A stretch of 62,709 nt of DNA, filler included, from Basidioascus undulatus (Eukaryota), in NCBI GenBank assembly GCA_000826855.1. It is 11 parts of 11 records of this genome, joined end to end, with 100 filler letters (N's around TTAATTAATTAA, not from the genome) between each part and the next. Parts side by side here need not be neighbours in the genome. Positions count along the whole stretch, not along the records: positions 3,816 to 28,462 come from JTLS01000234.1; positions 28,563 to 32,277 come from JTLS01002340.1; positions 32,378 to 36,091 come from JTLS01002341.1; positions 36,192 to 39,901 come from JTLS01002342.1; positions 40,002 to 43,708 come from JTLS01002343.1; 6 more parts are not named here. One strand, given 5' to 3'. Each line of letters opens with the position of its first letter. Positions within the stretch are counted from its first letter, which is position 1. Made by a program: the position numbers and the translations under genes. Below, one piece after another: positions 27,209 to 40,002 of the stretch. The notes below the pieces were generated by a model, which was given only the letters and a program-made list of their open reading frames with translations, searched no databases and was not told the DNA's origin.

Positions 27209-27877
27209 AATGGGTTCGCGCTTGTCGTTTCGAGGACGAAGGATGGAACGAGGGAGTCGGACGAGCTCATGGACAGCTTGGGAGGTTTCGGTCAAGTGAT
27301 GCGCTGCGTTCAGCGTGCAGTGTATGTTGTACTTTTCCTGGGCGGCTGGATTGCCTCGCGTGCAGCGACCTGTCGGACTACAATTCTTTGGCATCGCCTT
27401 CAGCATCTGTAGAGGTCCATGATGCCGATTTCGATGCCTTTCGACGTCGCCCCGGTAGGTGGCGGCACGAATCTGATCCTGACCAGGGTGAGAAGTCATC
27501 TCAGCCGCGTACCGGGCTCTTCTCGATGCCTTTACTGGCTTGCGGAACGCCTTGTCTTCTGAAGACCCAACTTCCGCCTTACATTTTACCTCCAGATCTG
27601 CCTTCACGCAGCCAGCATTTCAGCGTTTCAAGACCTTTCAAGTGTTTCAGCCTCAGATTCCCACGCCCCGCCTGCATCGACGCATCGTCCGCCAGGTCGC
27701 CGCAGCGCCTTGACCCTCCTCCTGCTCCTCGAACGGCCTTGATCGCCGAGACAGCCATCCATCCACAACTCCAATCCTCCATTCAATCGAAGTCCTGCAT
27801 CTTGAGCGACCGAGAAGCCAAACGACGAGACAGCTGGACAGATCCTGCTAAAAGAAGGAGAACAACGACCGGCCACC

Positions 27878-28462
27878 ATGCCCCCCAGCATCAAGCTCTT
27901 TGGCACGTCCATCGCGCTCGCGCCTGCGATACGCAAGAAGCAGGAGTTCTACGTCCGAGTGAGTTTTCATTAGGAATTCTATTGGACTTCTTCTTTGGAG
28001 GAGGGAGGTGGTGGAGGGGTGAGGGAGAGATGGTACGCGAGGGAGAGATGGTACGCCAGCTCGGTAGGAGCACTGATACCCTCCGCCCCTACGCAGGTCT
28101 TCCAGTCTAAACGTATTCCATACCAAGTACGTCTTACCACCTTCTTTCTCCCTACCCATTCCCATCACCTCACCCACTTGCTCGGCGCCCAGTTCTTCGA
28201 CCTCGCGTCGGACGAAGTGTCCGTCCCTTTCCCTCTCTCTCTCCCTCCTCCGCACCCTCGCTGACATCTTGAGATTTACTCGACCTGCAGAGCCAAGAAG
28301 TTCTGGCGGCGGAAGAACCAGAACCACAACGAGCTGCCGGGGCTGCTCGTGGGGAACGTGTGGGCGGGGACGTTTGAGCAGTTTGAGGAGGCGGTGGAGT
28401 TTGACGAGTCCGTAGATTGTCCTTTTTATCGTCTCCCTCCCTTCGTCCCTCTTCCACCCCTT
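27878..28462 (+). CDS. SH3BGR-like thioredoxin-fold protein, 3'-truncated at contig end
   Basis: MPPSIKLFGTSIALAPAIRKKQEF|VFQSKRIPYQ|FFDLASDE|AKKFWRRK...ELPGLLVGNVWAGTFEQFEEAVEFD. Confidence 0.8.
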
Positions 28463-28562
28463 NNNNNNNNNNNNNNNNNNNNNNNNNNNNNNNNNNNNNN
28501 NNNNNNTTAATTAATTAANNNNNNNNNNNNNNNNNNNNNNNNNNNNNNNNNNNNNNNNNNNN

Positions 28563-30902
28563 GCCGTACGCGGCCGAGCCGCGCTCGCGGTCCATGCCCG
28601 GGCCGGGGACGGCTGCGGCGGCGGGGTCGCGCATGAGGAGGCCGAGGCGCTCGAGGAAGGCGACGAGCGCGCGCGGGTTGCCGAACTCGCGCTCGAGCTT
28701 GAGCGAGCCCGTGAGCGCGATCCGGATCAGGATCTTGAGGTAGTGCGCGAGGCCAGTGACGAGGCTGAGCAGGTCCTTGGACATGCCTGCTCGGCGCGCG
28801 CCCGCCTCATGCATGTGCGAGAGGAGCGAGAGGAAGGAGACAGTCTTGCGGCAGAGCATGCGCGCCTCGCGGACGTGCGACGTGCCTGTGAAGACCAGTC
28901 AGACTCCTGTAGCTCGAAAAGGGGCTGTGCGCGCAGACAACTCACCCTTCGCGTCCACCGCCAGGTACTGGCGCTCGATCTCGTCGAGGGCAGCGAAGAG
29001 AACCTCGACGTGCAGGATGAACTTCTCGGCCATGCGGACCGCCTCCATGTACCCGCCCGCGCTGACGTGGCGGAGCATCTCCGAGATACACGCGGCCGAG
29101 CTCTCCTCGAAAGCGGACAGGACCGTCCAGATGCGGTAGACCTGGTCCTCCATCGCCTGCTGCGACGTGCGCAGGCTCGCGGCCGTCTCGCGCGCCTCCT
29201 CCTCTTCCGGCGTCTCGCTCACTGGCGTCGAGCTCTGCGCGAGCTTGACGTTCCAGAACTGCGAAGGCAGACAGACCCGAGTGAGCACCGAGATCGATAG
29301 ATGGTGCATGAGTGCGGGCGTGGGACGGACCTTGTTGATCATGTAACACTCTGGATGCCAGTGCTCATCCACGTTGTTGCGGTGGATCTCGACGAACTGC
29401 TTGAGGATCGCCGTCTTGCAGCCGGTGCACTTGACTGCGAAGCGGGTCGAGTAGTGGAAGTGGCCTGCACATAGGTCCATACGTCAACACGCCGTATTGC
29501 GTACCTCCACAGTACAGAATACTCACAGTACACTTGCGAGTCATGCTCGTAGTACGAGTCCTGCGGTCCGAAGAGCGTCGGGCACACCGAGCACGTAAAG
29601 TGGTTCGTGTGGTACTTGCGGCCTGCACACTCACACGACCTTGAGCCACTGAAGCACGGACGCAAAGCACCGGTTAAGGGAGGACATACCGCAAGCAGTG
29701 ATGTAGCTCCCTCGCAGCGCAAGACCGCAGTTCGCGCAGATGAGGTCGAGCCGGCGAAAGTAGTCCGTCTCGCAGAGGGGTTGCAGCCTGCCGTCGGGTC
29801 CCTCGATCGGGAAGAACTTGGTCGCGACGATCTTGCCGCAGTCCTGGAGAGGGGAAGCAGGGGGACGCAGAAAGTCAGTTCCATTCCCGCAATCAACCTT
29901 GTCGACCGCGCAAGCACAGGCACAGGCTGTGCTCGGCACCAACCCAACCTCGGCAGACAAACGACTCCTCCCGATCCAGCATTACAGCAGCACTTCGAAA
30001 CAGCAAGCCAAATTCACCTGGCATTTGAAGCAATCGAGGTGGAAGACTGAGCCGAGCGCCCGGACGAACTGGCCCGACATGGGCAGACCGCACGATGCGC
30101 ATGCGGGCGGCTGGTCGGGTGCGGTGGCCCCGGTGCGATGGGAGAGCTGGGAGGTGGAGTGGGACTGGGAGAGGGCGGAGTGGGAATGGGAGAGCTGGGA
30201 GCGGGAGGGGGACTGCCCGCGGGCGAGGGAGGACGAGTGCTGGGAGGGCGAGTGGTGGTCGTGAGAGCCGTGCGAGTGGGACGACGCCGGGGAGCGGGGC
30301 TCGCGGCTTCGCGAGCGAGGGCGGCCGCCCATCGGCGAGTGCGGGCGCGGCGGCGGGTCGAGCTCGGTGTCCGAGTGCTCGTCGGGCGGCTGCATCGCAC
30401 TGTAGGCAGCGCTCCAGCGTGCTGTGCGGTCGCGGGGTGCGCTGCCTTCGCCGCTGCTGGGAGTGTCCGTGCGCAGGACCGGGCCGTCGCTCGTCGGCGT
30501 TCTCGCCGGCGGACTGGTGCCCGGTGTGTAGGAAGAAGACGGGGTTGGACCGGTGGCAGCGCGGCGCTGGTAGAAGGCGGAGCTGAGGGAGGAGGAGGAG
30601 GAGGATGTGCCGTACTGGTACGGCGCTGTCGATGCGCGTGCCGAGCCGTTTCTGTACGGGCTGGGCTGGGGCGGCAGGGAGGAGAATGTCGGAGAGGATG
30701 AAGACGAGTTTAGAGGGTGGTTGTAGCTCGGAGATGGGTTTGAGCGCGCTGCTGGTGAGTGCGGGCGGTATGCGAGCGACGCCGTACCGCCCTCAGGCGA
30801 GGTGCTCAGGAGCAGCGAGTTGGGCCTTGAGCGTGTGCCCAAGGACAGGGCGGCATACGCTCCAGCAGGCTCGCGCGGACGCAGCTCCCCGGGCGGTGCC
30901 AT
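28563..30902 (-). CDS. LRG1: LIM-domain Rho GTPase-activating protein (Lrg1/Rga1 type), N-terminal part
   Basis: CASCGLPMSGQFVRALGSVFHLDCFKC; PLCETDYFRRLDLICANCGLALRGSYITAC; HFTCSVCPTLFGPQDSYYEHD; HWHPECYMI; LSAFEESSAACISEML; GLAHYLKILIRIALTGSLKLERE. Confidence 0.92.
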
Positions 30903-31431
30903 CGTCGACGGCGGCGGCGGCGTGGTCGTCGTTGCAGACGGTGAGCAGAGCAACGCGCACGGCGAGGACAAGGGCAAGCAGCGAGCAGCGTGTGTGGGCT
31001 GAGAGGGAACAGGCAACGGCTCAACGAAGCAAGCTCGGGCGGCTTAGGCGTTGGCCATAGTGCCAACTACAGTACTCGCGGCCCTGTTGTATGCCTAGTG
31101 CCGATTAATAGCCTTTGTTAGCTGAAACAATAGCCTCCTTGAACCAACTTGGAACACATGGACAGCCACACCACCACCGTCTTCCCCGTCCTTCATGTGC
31201 CTCCCGCGCCGGAAAAATAACATCTTCTAGAACATGTCCAGCTTGCGTTTTCAGTCGGGCTGTGTATATTTCAAGACCGCTACAGCAACCCGCACGCGTA
31301 CTTACATAGACACCCCGTTTCTACACAGCGTCACAAAGCCACCATCAGCTAAACACCCCAAGTCGCAGCATCGCGTTATCTATCCATCCGATCTATTTCT
31401 ATCATCCTTCCACTTCCAGTCACCCCATCGG

Positions 31432-32215
31432 CTATTGCACCTCAACTTCCTTCGCCGCTGCCCCATTCGCCCCCACGTTCTCCTTGCGCTCCGCGGCCTG
31501 CTTCGCCTTGAGGTCGAGGATGTGCTGGTTCACAAACGCGCGCTCGAGCAGCTGCGCCTCCGTCAGGTCCTTCGCGCCCCTAATGCGACCCAAGCAGTTC
31601 TGGTTGTCCAAACGCATGCAAGTCAGTCGCTTGAAGGTGTGGAAAGTAAGTAGAGGAGAGAGAAGATGGCGGACCTTGGACCGGCACAGACAGTCAAACG
31701 GCTGCTCCATCTCCCACTCGCTCGCGGGGTAGAAGAAGCTCAGCAGCTCGCCGCGCTCGACGCGCCGCAGCGCGCGGACATGCCATTCTGAGGGCGGGCC
31801 GGTGACGCTGAAGGCGAGGTTGGGCGAGCACGAGTGGTTCACTGATGCGCCCTCCTATCAGCCAGCAACCCCGAGCTAGTGTGGGGAGCACGCTCACCGT
31901 AAAGCAGATCAGAATTCAGCTCGATGTGCTTGTCCTCCGAGACCTGCACAGAAGAGTATCGTTTCGGCCCTGGTGTCGTGCCCTCGATCTTGCAGACCAC
32001 CTCGCCCTTCTCGAACCTCTGTGCGGTGCCATCAGCACTCCCACACCTCAGCACGCGCCTTCCTCTGCACCCAAGACGATCGTCCCACGCACCCGATGAG
32101 GAACGATGTACGAGCTGTAGTTCCCCTCGCCCCAGATGACCTCCAGCAGTCCGGGATGAGTGGGTACGTACCCCTGCGGCGGGGCAGCACCAGTGGGGAG
32201 GGGGGTGATGGTCAT
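31432..32215 (-). CDS. Small SET + post-SET domain protein, 4 exons
   Basis: KRYSSVQVSEDKHIELNSDLLY|NHSCSPN...GELLSFFYPASEWEMEQPFDCLCRSK|NCLGRIRGA. Confidence 0.9.
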
Positions 32216-32377
32216 TGTGCGTGGGTGGGGGGTGTTGGTCGAGGGTGGACAAGCACATCGAGCTGAATTCTGATCTGNNNNNNNNNNNNNNNNNNNNNNN
32301 NNNNNNNNNNNNNNNNNNNNNTTAATTAATTAANNNNNNNNNNNNNNNNNNNNNNNNNNNNNNNNNNNNNNNNNNNN

Positions 32378-32460
32378 TCTGCTCGATGAACTGGACTACC
32401 TGGTCGATGTACGCGAGCGGGAGCTCGTGCTGGAGGAGGAAGCGCTGGGCGGCGTCGTAC
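32378..32460 (-). other. DOA1: 83-nt fragment of a Doa1/Ufd3/PLAA PFU domain at the contig start
   Basis: Reverse strand reads YDAAQRFLLQHELPLAYIDQVVQFIEQ. Confidence 0.7.
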
Positions 32461-32937
32461 CCGGAGAGCGATGTCATCCTGATCGTCTTTTCCGTGGACT
32501 ACCCTACAAGCTTGGAGAACGTTAAGGACAAGGTCCGTCTTCTCCCCTCTCATGCCCCATCCCTCCATCCACCTCCCCCCTTCCCTTTCTCTTTTCTTTC
32601 TCCCCCGCACTCCGACCGACCGACCGACTCGCCCACCCCACCGCAGTGGTATCCCGAAGTCTCCCACTTCTGCCCGGACACGCCGCTCATCCTAGTCGCG
32701 ACCAAGACGGACCTGCGGCAGGACGCGGAGACGCGGCGGATGCTGGGGATGCAGGGGCTTAAGCCCGTCGCGCCCGAGCAGGGCGAGGCCGTCGCACGCG
32801 AGATCGGCGCGCGCTACGTCGAGTGCAGCGCAAAGCGCAACGAGAACGTGCGCGACGTGTTTGAGCTCGCACTCAAGGAGAGCATGAAGGGCCGGTTCAA
32901 GAAGATGGTCAAGCGGCGGAATTGCGTGCTGCTGTGA
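32455..32937 (+). CDS. Rho-family small GTPase (Rho4-like), C-terminal half
   Basis: SYPESDVILIVFSVDYPTSLENVKDK|WYPEVSHFCPDTPLILVATKTDLR...YVECSAK...CVLL (CAAX). Confidence 0.92.
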   Translation, partial: SYPESDVILIVFSVDYPTSLENVKDKVRLLPSHAPSLHPPPPFPFSFLSPPHSDRPTDSPTPPQWYPEVSHFCPDTPLILVATKTDLRQDAETRRMLGMQGLKPVAPEQGEAVAREIGARYVECSAKRNENVRDVFELALKESMKGRFKKMVKRRNCVLL

Positions 32938-33374
32938 TTAGAGAGGGGTGCAGTGGAGCGGGTGGTGGATGCCCGGACGGTTTCTTGCTTGCTTTCTTGC
33001 TTTTCGATTTTCACGTCTTGTTTCACCAACCACTTTGTCGTTTTTGCATTCCTCGCATTGCCCGCATGGACACTCTGCAACCACAGCCCTAGCCGCATCT
33101 GCCGTGCACCAACCTGGATTGCACGATGAACGCAGTGCTTGCACTGACGTCTAAGCACACGCGTACAAGTAAGAACGTGAAGATCAATCATGCAGACGAC
33201 GATAACGGGGCTAATACAACTGGGTACACACTGATCAGGAGACGGGAGCAACGCGGAGAAAGAAAGCAGGGCGGTGTGTGTGCGGGTGAGTGTGTGCTTT
33301 GTGTGTGTGTGTGCAAAGAAACGAGAAAGACGCCAAATGCGGGCAAAGAAACCGAAAGAAAAGAAAGACGCAGA

Positions 33375-35912
33375 TCACTGCGCCGTCGCGGCGCGGACGC
33401 CCCAAAGCCGCGCGGTATGGTCGTCCCCGACGGACGCGAACATGGCCGGGTGCGTCGGGTTCCACGCGACAGCGTTAACGCTCCCACCCTCGTGCGCGAC
33501 GAGCGCCTCGATGAGCTCCCCGGACTGGGCATGCCAGACGTAGACGACCGAGTCTGCTCATTGCATGCCCGGTTCGTCAGAGAATGCGCATGGATGAATG
33601 GGCGTAGGAAGGAAGACGAGAACGCACCTTCCGAACCGCTGAGGATGAAAGTGTCGGACGGCCCGCCGAAGCACGAGCGGATCATGTGGTGCCCCTGCTG
33701 GTGTCCCATGAACTTGCGCACGAGGCGGTTGTTGACGATGTCCCAGAGCTGGACCTCCTGTTTGCGACAGCGCAACCATACAACCACGAGTGTCAGCGTG
33801 CCGCGGAAAAAATCGAAGCGATCGGGAGAAAAACCGCGAAGACGCACGTCCGGTGAGTAGTTAATCAGTGCCGAGCGTGAGTCCCTCGACACCCTCGAGC
33901 TCGAAATATCATTCCTGAGCTCGGTTTGCCTGTCCCAGTCCCCCGCACAGCATCAGCACCCGACCACCAGTGCGCGCAAGGGTCCAAGGTCGTCAGAGCG
34001 CACCATCGAATCTTGCGCGTCGCGATATCAAAGATGACGATCCTGCGTTTCTCCTCGGAGTACATGAGCGTCCCGTCGGGCGCGACGGTCGGCTGCGGGC
34101 CGTCGACGCCGACGGTTACGAGTGACTGGCCGTCGGGCGTGAGCGCAGCGTCGTTGATCCTGATCGGCGCGTTCGGCCACTTCCGCACGATGTTGCCGTT
34201 CCGGTCCTGGAGGTTTGAGTCGCGAGCTTGCCATTAGTAGGGTGCGATAGCGGAAGGAAATAATGGCGAAGATGAATGGGCAGTGGATGCACTCACCCAG
34301 ACGATGATGCGCTGGTCCATCCCCGTCGAGATGAATGTATTCCCTTCCGGGAACCAAACGAGGCTGGAGATGGTCTCCTCGTGCGCAATCTCGTTCGTAT
34401 ACCGGCACACGCCAGTCTGTGAGTAAACCGCGCAAGGTGGATTAGCTGCGATGCGCTAATCGGTAAGGAGCGAGCGGGTAGACGAACGTAGGGGTTCCAG
34501 ATGCGCAGCGTGCCTTCCGCCGCTGAGAGAAGAATCGCGTCGTCTGGAGACCACGAGACATAACCGACGTCTTCATCGTGCCCTCGCAGGGTTTGCTCAA
34601 TCGGGAAGTCGGGCTCCTGAACAGCGGAGGAGCGTCAACCGAGGATCATAGCACGCGAGAAGACCCCGCCGAGACGCACCCGCATCCGCCAAATGATCAC
34701 AGTCTTGTCCTTGCTCGCCGTCGCCAGGAACTTGCCGTCATGCGAGAACTGCAAATGCCACACCTCGCTACGGGTCGCCCCCGCCTGTCAGTCGCAGCGC
34801 AGCGCAGCCAGCTCGAGAAGCGTGCGTACTCGATGTGGCCGCGCAGCGTCGCGATGTTGACGCTCGGGAAGACGGACGGGTCGCGCGTGTAGTCCGAATA
34901 GAGCGATATAGGCACGTCGGAGATGTGGTACAGGCATTGCCGCCGCTGGAACTCCTTGGCTTGCTCGAGGAGGGTGAAGAGGCGCCGCTGGGGGAGCATG
35001 ACGGAGGGGGAAATGCTCTCTGTTTGAGGCGAAAGATATTCAGCGGATAAGGTGGAGGTTTGGGAGAGGAGTATACGCACGCTGAAGGTCCACAAGCAAC
35101 GCTTGTCGTGATCGTCCCGCCGCGCCATCCCATCGCGCCCGTTCTCGCAGCTCCTCCGGACTCAAACACATCATAAAGCTGCGTTAACCCTCTTCATCAG
35201 CAAACCGCCTTCCCATGACTGTCGAAGAAGATATGGGCGGACCTCGAGAGCGTATGCAACCCATCCGTCTCCGACTCGGGCGTGAGCGGTGCGAGCTCGT
35301 GTCGAAGCACAGCGAGAGCACGCTTCGAGTCGCCTCGCTCGAGGTGCTCGAGATATCGTTGTCGCGCGATGGCATATCGCGACCGCTGCAAGCGAGTGGC
35401 GGGTTGATGAGATCCCAGGGCCTCTAGTCGTGAGAGCGAGCACGCACCCGTTGATCTGCCTCTGACAAGTCCATAGAGCCCAGTAACCGCCCAACATCAT
35501 CCCAACTCCCTCTCAAGACCGCCCCGCGGAACTCTGCCACATCCGGAGTCTCGAGCTCGTAGCCCGACTCGAACGCCAGAGCCGCGGTAGCGTGTCTGCC
35601 CCAGCGGCCACACTTAGCGACCTCTCCCCTCCGTCTCGACACCCAAATTGGAAGCTCGACTCACCCGTAGCCAGCATCGTTCAGCGCCTGCATCGTAAGC
35701 CTCACAAACTCCTTCCGGTCGATATCGGTGCCCTCCAGGAGCGTGCCCTCCGGCGGCGCTCGCCTCGGACTGCTCCGGAGGAAACCGTTCGAGGAAGGCG
35801 AGAGGGAGCCGTTGGACTTGGCTGCTGAGCCATTGGAGGTGGAGGCAATGGGGGTGCCGTTGGTAGGGAAATGGCCGTTGGTGGTGTGATTGGAGGACTC
35901 GGCGAGAGCCAT
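33375..35912 (-). CDS. GID7: WDR26/Gid7 (LisH-CTLH-WD40) subunit of the GID/CTLH ligase
   Basis: DRKEFVRLTMQALNDAGY; ESGYELETPDVAEFRGAVLRGSW; ISPSVMLPQRRLFTLLEQA; VWHLQFSHDGKFLATASKDKTVIIW; GHQQGHHMIRSCFGG..FILSGSE; VNAVAWNP. Confidence 0.9.
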
Positions 35913-36191
35913 GTCGGGGGTGCGAGGGGCGGGGACGGGGGCGGTGTCGGAGGGTCTGAGGCGCTTGCGGGGTCGGGGAGGGCAAGACGCGGAAGAGGTG
36001 TGTGGGAGAGGGGTGCAAGTGCTCGAGGAAGAAGGGCGACAAAGACCTCGGGTTCCTGAACCGCGACCAGACGGACGAGTGGAAAGGGTGGNNNNNNNNN
36101 NNNNNNNNNNNNNNNNNNNNNNNNNNNNNNNNNNNTTAATTAATTAANNNNNNNNNNNNNNNNNNNNNNNNNNNNNNNNNNNNNNNNNNNN

Positions 36192-36607
36192 AGCTCGTCG
36201 AGGACGCCGAGCCCGCCATTCTGGACGAGGACGACGGTGCTCGTCGGCCCCAGGCGGTCGCGGAGGCTGCCGAGCGCGCGCGTCGCCCCGCCCGCCTTGG
36301 TCGCGACGATGAGCTGGCGGATGGGCTCGTCCTCGAACCCTGTGCTCCCCCCCGCCCCGCCGGCCAGCGCGAGGTAGGGATCCGGCTGCCAAGCCTCCCG
36401 GTCGAAGGGACCCGCGACGGAGGACGTCCCGTGCTGGGAGAGCCGGATGTGCGGCCGGGGCGGGAGGTCGGACGCGGTGGTCGGCCGGAGGAAGAGGGTG
36501 ATGGGGAGCGTGGCGGGCGGGAGGGTGCGCCGGAGATGGTACGCCAGCAGGGAGCCGATGGAGCCGACACCGAGGATGTGGAAGCGGGAGGCGCCATGGG
36601 GGGGCAT
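36192..36607 (-). CDS. Ketopantoate reductase (ApbA/PanE-like), N-terminal part
   Basis: RFHILGVGSIGSLLAYHL (Rossmann); IRQLIVATKA; STVVLVQNGGLGVLDE. Confidence 0.85.
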
Positions 36608-37123
36608 GGGGTCATCGGGATGAGGGGGCGGCGTCGCTATCACCCCATCCAAGACTTGAGTCCTGCAAACTATCTTCAAGAGATGAAATGGAGATTGGAC
36701 TCACGGGAAGTCGGACGGGCGCTCGCTGCCGAGCGTGAGGGAATCGGCGATCGAAGACGACGGCCTGCGGCCCGTCAGCGATGGTACGGGAGTGGCGGAA
36801 TGACGAGCTCGGTGGATCCGATGGCGAGAATGAACAGTTTGATGGTGGCGACAAGAGAAAGAATGAGGACGAGGCTGCTCCGTGGCTGGCTGGGATCGAG
36901 GCTTTTTCGACCCCCCGGCGAGCAGGCAGTGTGCAAGCGAGAAGAGAAGACTCGTCCGTCCGACTTCGCGCGAGCAGACAAAGCAAACGCTACTACCCAG
37001 CTACAGTACTCGCCTAGAAGCTGCTTACATAAGCTTTTCTACCTCCCAAGATTTTGAACCTCGCGCGCGACGTCGTCTCTCCCAGCAAGCACTCTCATAT
37101 CTGCTCGCCGCTTTGACACTACC

Positions 37124-39901
37124 ATGCCGGCAGCGACGACCTCGCCGACGGAAAAGCAGAACCACACCCCGGCGAAGGGTGGCGCTGGGACGCCTGCGCA
37201 GGGGAAGAAGCGCGGGAAGAAGGCGGCGGTGGTGGCTGAGGAGGCGACCAAGGGAGGGCAGGAGGAGGAGGAGGCGGAGGAGTGGCCGTGGCGCGAGCTG
37301 GGCCATGGGAAGGGCCAGGGTGGGCCGGTTTGGAGCAAGGATGGCAGGTGAGCGTGGGCGCTTCTCAGATGGGACTGAAGGACTGAGGAGGGCCGTCAGC
37401 GAGCGAGCGTGGAACTGACAGTGTCTCCCCCTGCTCCCTTCGCGCAGCTACTACTTCCTCCCCTCCTCCTCGTCCATCACAATCCACTCCACAGCGACAT
37501 CCTCGACCCTCTCCGTCCTCTCCGCGCCGACGTCCGCCTCCGCACACACAGCGCCCGTGACGGGGCTCGCGCTCCACCCGCGCAACCCGCTCCAGCTCCT
37601 CTCCGCCTCGCGCGACGGCACGCTCAAACTGTGGGACTGGCTCGAGGGCCGCTGCGTGCGCACCGTCGACCTCGGCCAGGCTGTCACGCGCATGTGCTGG
37701 GCGAACGAGGTCGAGCCCAAGGGCGACGGGAAGGACCGCGACATCCGCGTGTTCGTCGCACTCGAGAAGATCGTACATGGCTCTCAGCGCAAGGACGGGA
37801 CGTGTGCGTGCACTCCTTCCATTTTTTCTACAAACAACCGTCTCACTCTCTCTCCCTGTCAGTCCGCCCCTCGCATACCAACTCCCTCATCCACCTTGTA
37901 ACCGTCACCTCCTCCCGGCCCGTCCTCAAGCGACTCGGCAAGATGCGCCCGTGCTCCGCTCTTCTCGTCTCGCCCTCCTCCAACGCGCTCCTCGCGCTCG
38001 CCGGTCGCAAAGTGCACATCTCGCACCTCTCCCCCACGGCCCCGCCCTCGCCGTTCGTCAAGTGGGTCGGCGCGCAGCCGGGCATGCGCGTAGCAGCGTG
38101 GGACCCGCGCGGGTCCGGGTTCGTCACGGGCGACGTGCAGGGTGTCCTCCGGCTGTGGCACGCGTCCGAGATCCTCGCTGTCCAGCCGTCCCCGGCCGCG
38201 CCAGGCAAAGATGGCGAGGGCGGTGTGGAAAACAAGGCTGCGACGCTGGACCTGCACTGGCACGCGCACGCCGTCGGCGCGGCGACGTACACGCCTAGTG
38301 GCAGCGCGCTCCTGAGTGGCGGGGAGGAGGGCGTACTCGTGCGGTGGCACCTCCGCGAAGGCGGGGGGAAGGGCGTCCGGAAGGAGTACCTCCCCCGCCT
38401 GGGCGCGCCCATCGCGTGGATCTCGTGCGCCTCGGAAGAAACGATCCTCGTCGGCCTCGTCGATGGCTCCAAGGTCTTCGTTGACGCCGCTCAGTGGAAA
38501 GTATCCCACACCGTCCGCGGACTCCTCTCCGACCCGAACGCACCTCCGCCCCAAGCCCGCCTCCCCCTCGCTGTCACTGGAACGACCGGTCCGACTCTCG
38601 TTCTACCTTCCTCCCACCCCTCCGCGCTCCAGTTCTACGACCCCGCGTCCGCCGCCGCGCACGAGCTCGAGATCACCCCGAGCAACCGCATCTCGCGCCG
38701 CGATACGGCGCCGCTCGAGCCGGCGCGCGTGGAGCGTGTCGTGTTTGTGGGGAGTGGGGAGGGACGGGAGAGGGAGTGGATGGCCACACTTGAGAGCTGG
38801 CGCGGGGGCGAGAGGATCGTTAAGGTTTGGCATTGGGATGGGGCGGCGAAGCGGTGAGTCGAAGTGTCCTCTTTCTCTCCTTTCTTTCTTCTCTTCTTTC
38901 CTTGCTTTATTTTCTCATTGCGTCAGAAACTGATCCGTGAATCGATGACTATTCAGCTACACCCTCAACACCCGCATCGACAAGCCGCACGGCGACGACA
39001 CCGTCACGTCGCTCGTCTTCTCGCCCGTCCCGCTCGAGGACGACGCGCACCCGGCGCTCATCACGACCGGGCTCGACGGCAAGGCCCGTCTGTGGAAGTC
39101 CACCATTCACCCCAAGACGCGCGAGAGTGCGTTTCCTTTCCCTTTCCTCTTCCCTTCCCTTCTTCCTTGCCTTCTCATTCAGAGGATTGTTGCTTACGAG
39201 GGCGGGAACCAGTCTCCTACCGCCTCCACGCCGCCCTCTCTTACCGGGCCGATGCGCCCGCGCACGCGTCATTCAGCCCGGACGCCTCCCTTCTTGCGCT
39301 CGCGCAGGGCAACACGGTGACCCTGTGGGACGCGGGCGCCCCGGCCCCCGCGCTGGTCAGGACGCTCGTCGCATCTGACGTTGTGAAGGTCCGCGAGACG
39401 ACGTTCGTCGGCGAGGGGGGGAGGTGGCTTGTTGTGCGTGGGGACCGCGAGGGATGGCTGAATGGGAAGGTTGCCGTGTGGGATTTGGGGAGGTGCGAGG
39501 GTGCGTGGGCTTCCCCTTCTTCTTCTCTGTGTCTTCCCTCTTCTGCAGTGTCCTGACAATCGGTGGCAATGGTTGGATGGATATCTCCAGTGATCACCTC
39601 CCACGCCCTCCCCCACCCCTCCACGCACGTCTTCGCGCACCCGACCTCCCCTTGCTTCCTCCTCGCCTCGACCCCCCGCGTCCGCACCGGGCGTGGAAAA
39701 ACGTACCTGACCGTCTTCAACCCCCTGTCCCCCACTCCACTCTCGACGCGCACGATCCCCCTCCGTTTCCGGGAACTCGCGCTCGACCCCTCGCGCTGCT
39801 CCGCGGACGGGTCCTTCGCGCTCGTCGGCCTGCGCGAAGGCACCTCGTCCGCCACCCCCGTCCTCCTCGGCGCGCGGCTTGGCGCTGCGGCGGCCGCCAC
39901 G
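37124..39901 (+). CDS. UTP17: Utp17/Nan1/WDR75 WD40 protein, 3'-truncated
   Basis: PVWSKDG|YYF; LHWHAHAVGAATYTPSGSALLSGGEEGVLVRWHL...KEYLPRLGAPI; SHPSALQFYD; ELEITPSNRISR; YTLNTRIDKPHG. Confidence 0.9.
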
Positions 39902-40002
39902 NNNNNNNNNNNNNNNNNNNNNNNNNNNNNNNNNNNNNNNNNNNNTTAATTAATTAANNNNNNNNNNNNNNNNNNNNNNNNNNNNNNNNNNNNNNNNNNN
40001 NC

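Noticed and set aside
28563..32937. RhoGAP next to a Rho GTPase as a functional module
   Set aside because: They are separated by an artificial linker on unlinked contigs.
1..39901. Apparent cluster of three SSU-processome genes (UTP23, UTP7, UTP17)
   Set aside because: They lie on three different contigs joined arbitrarily by linkers.
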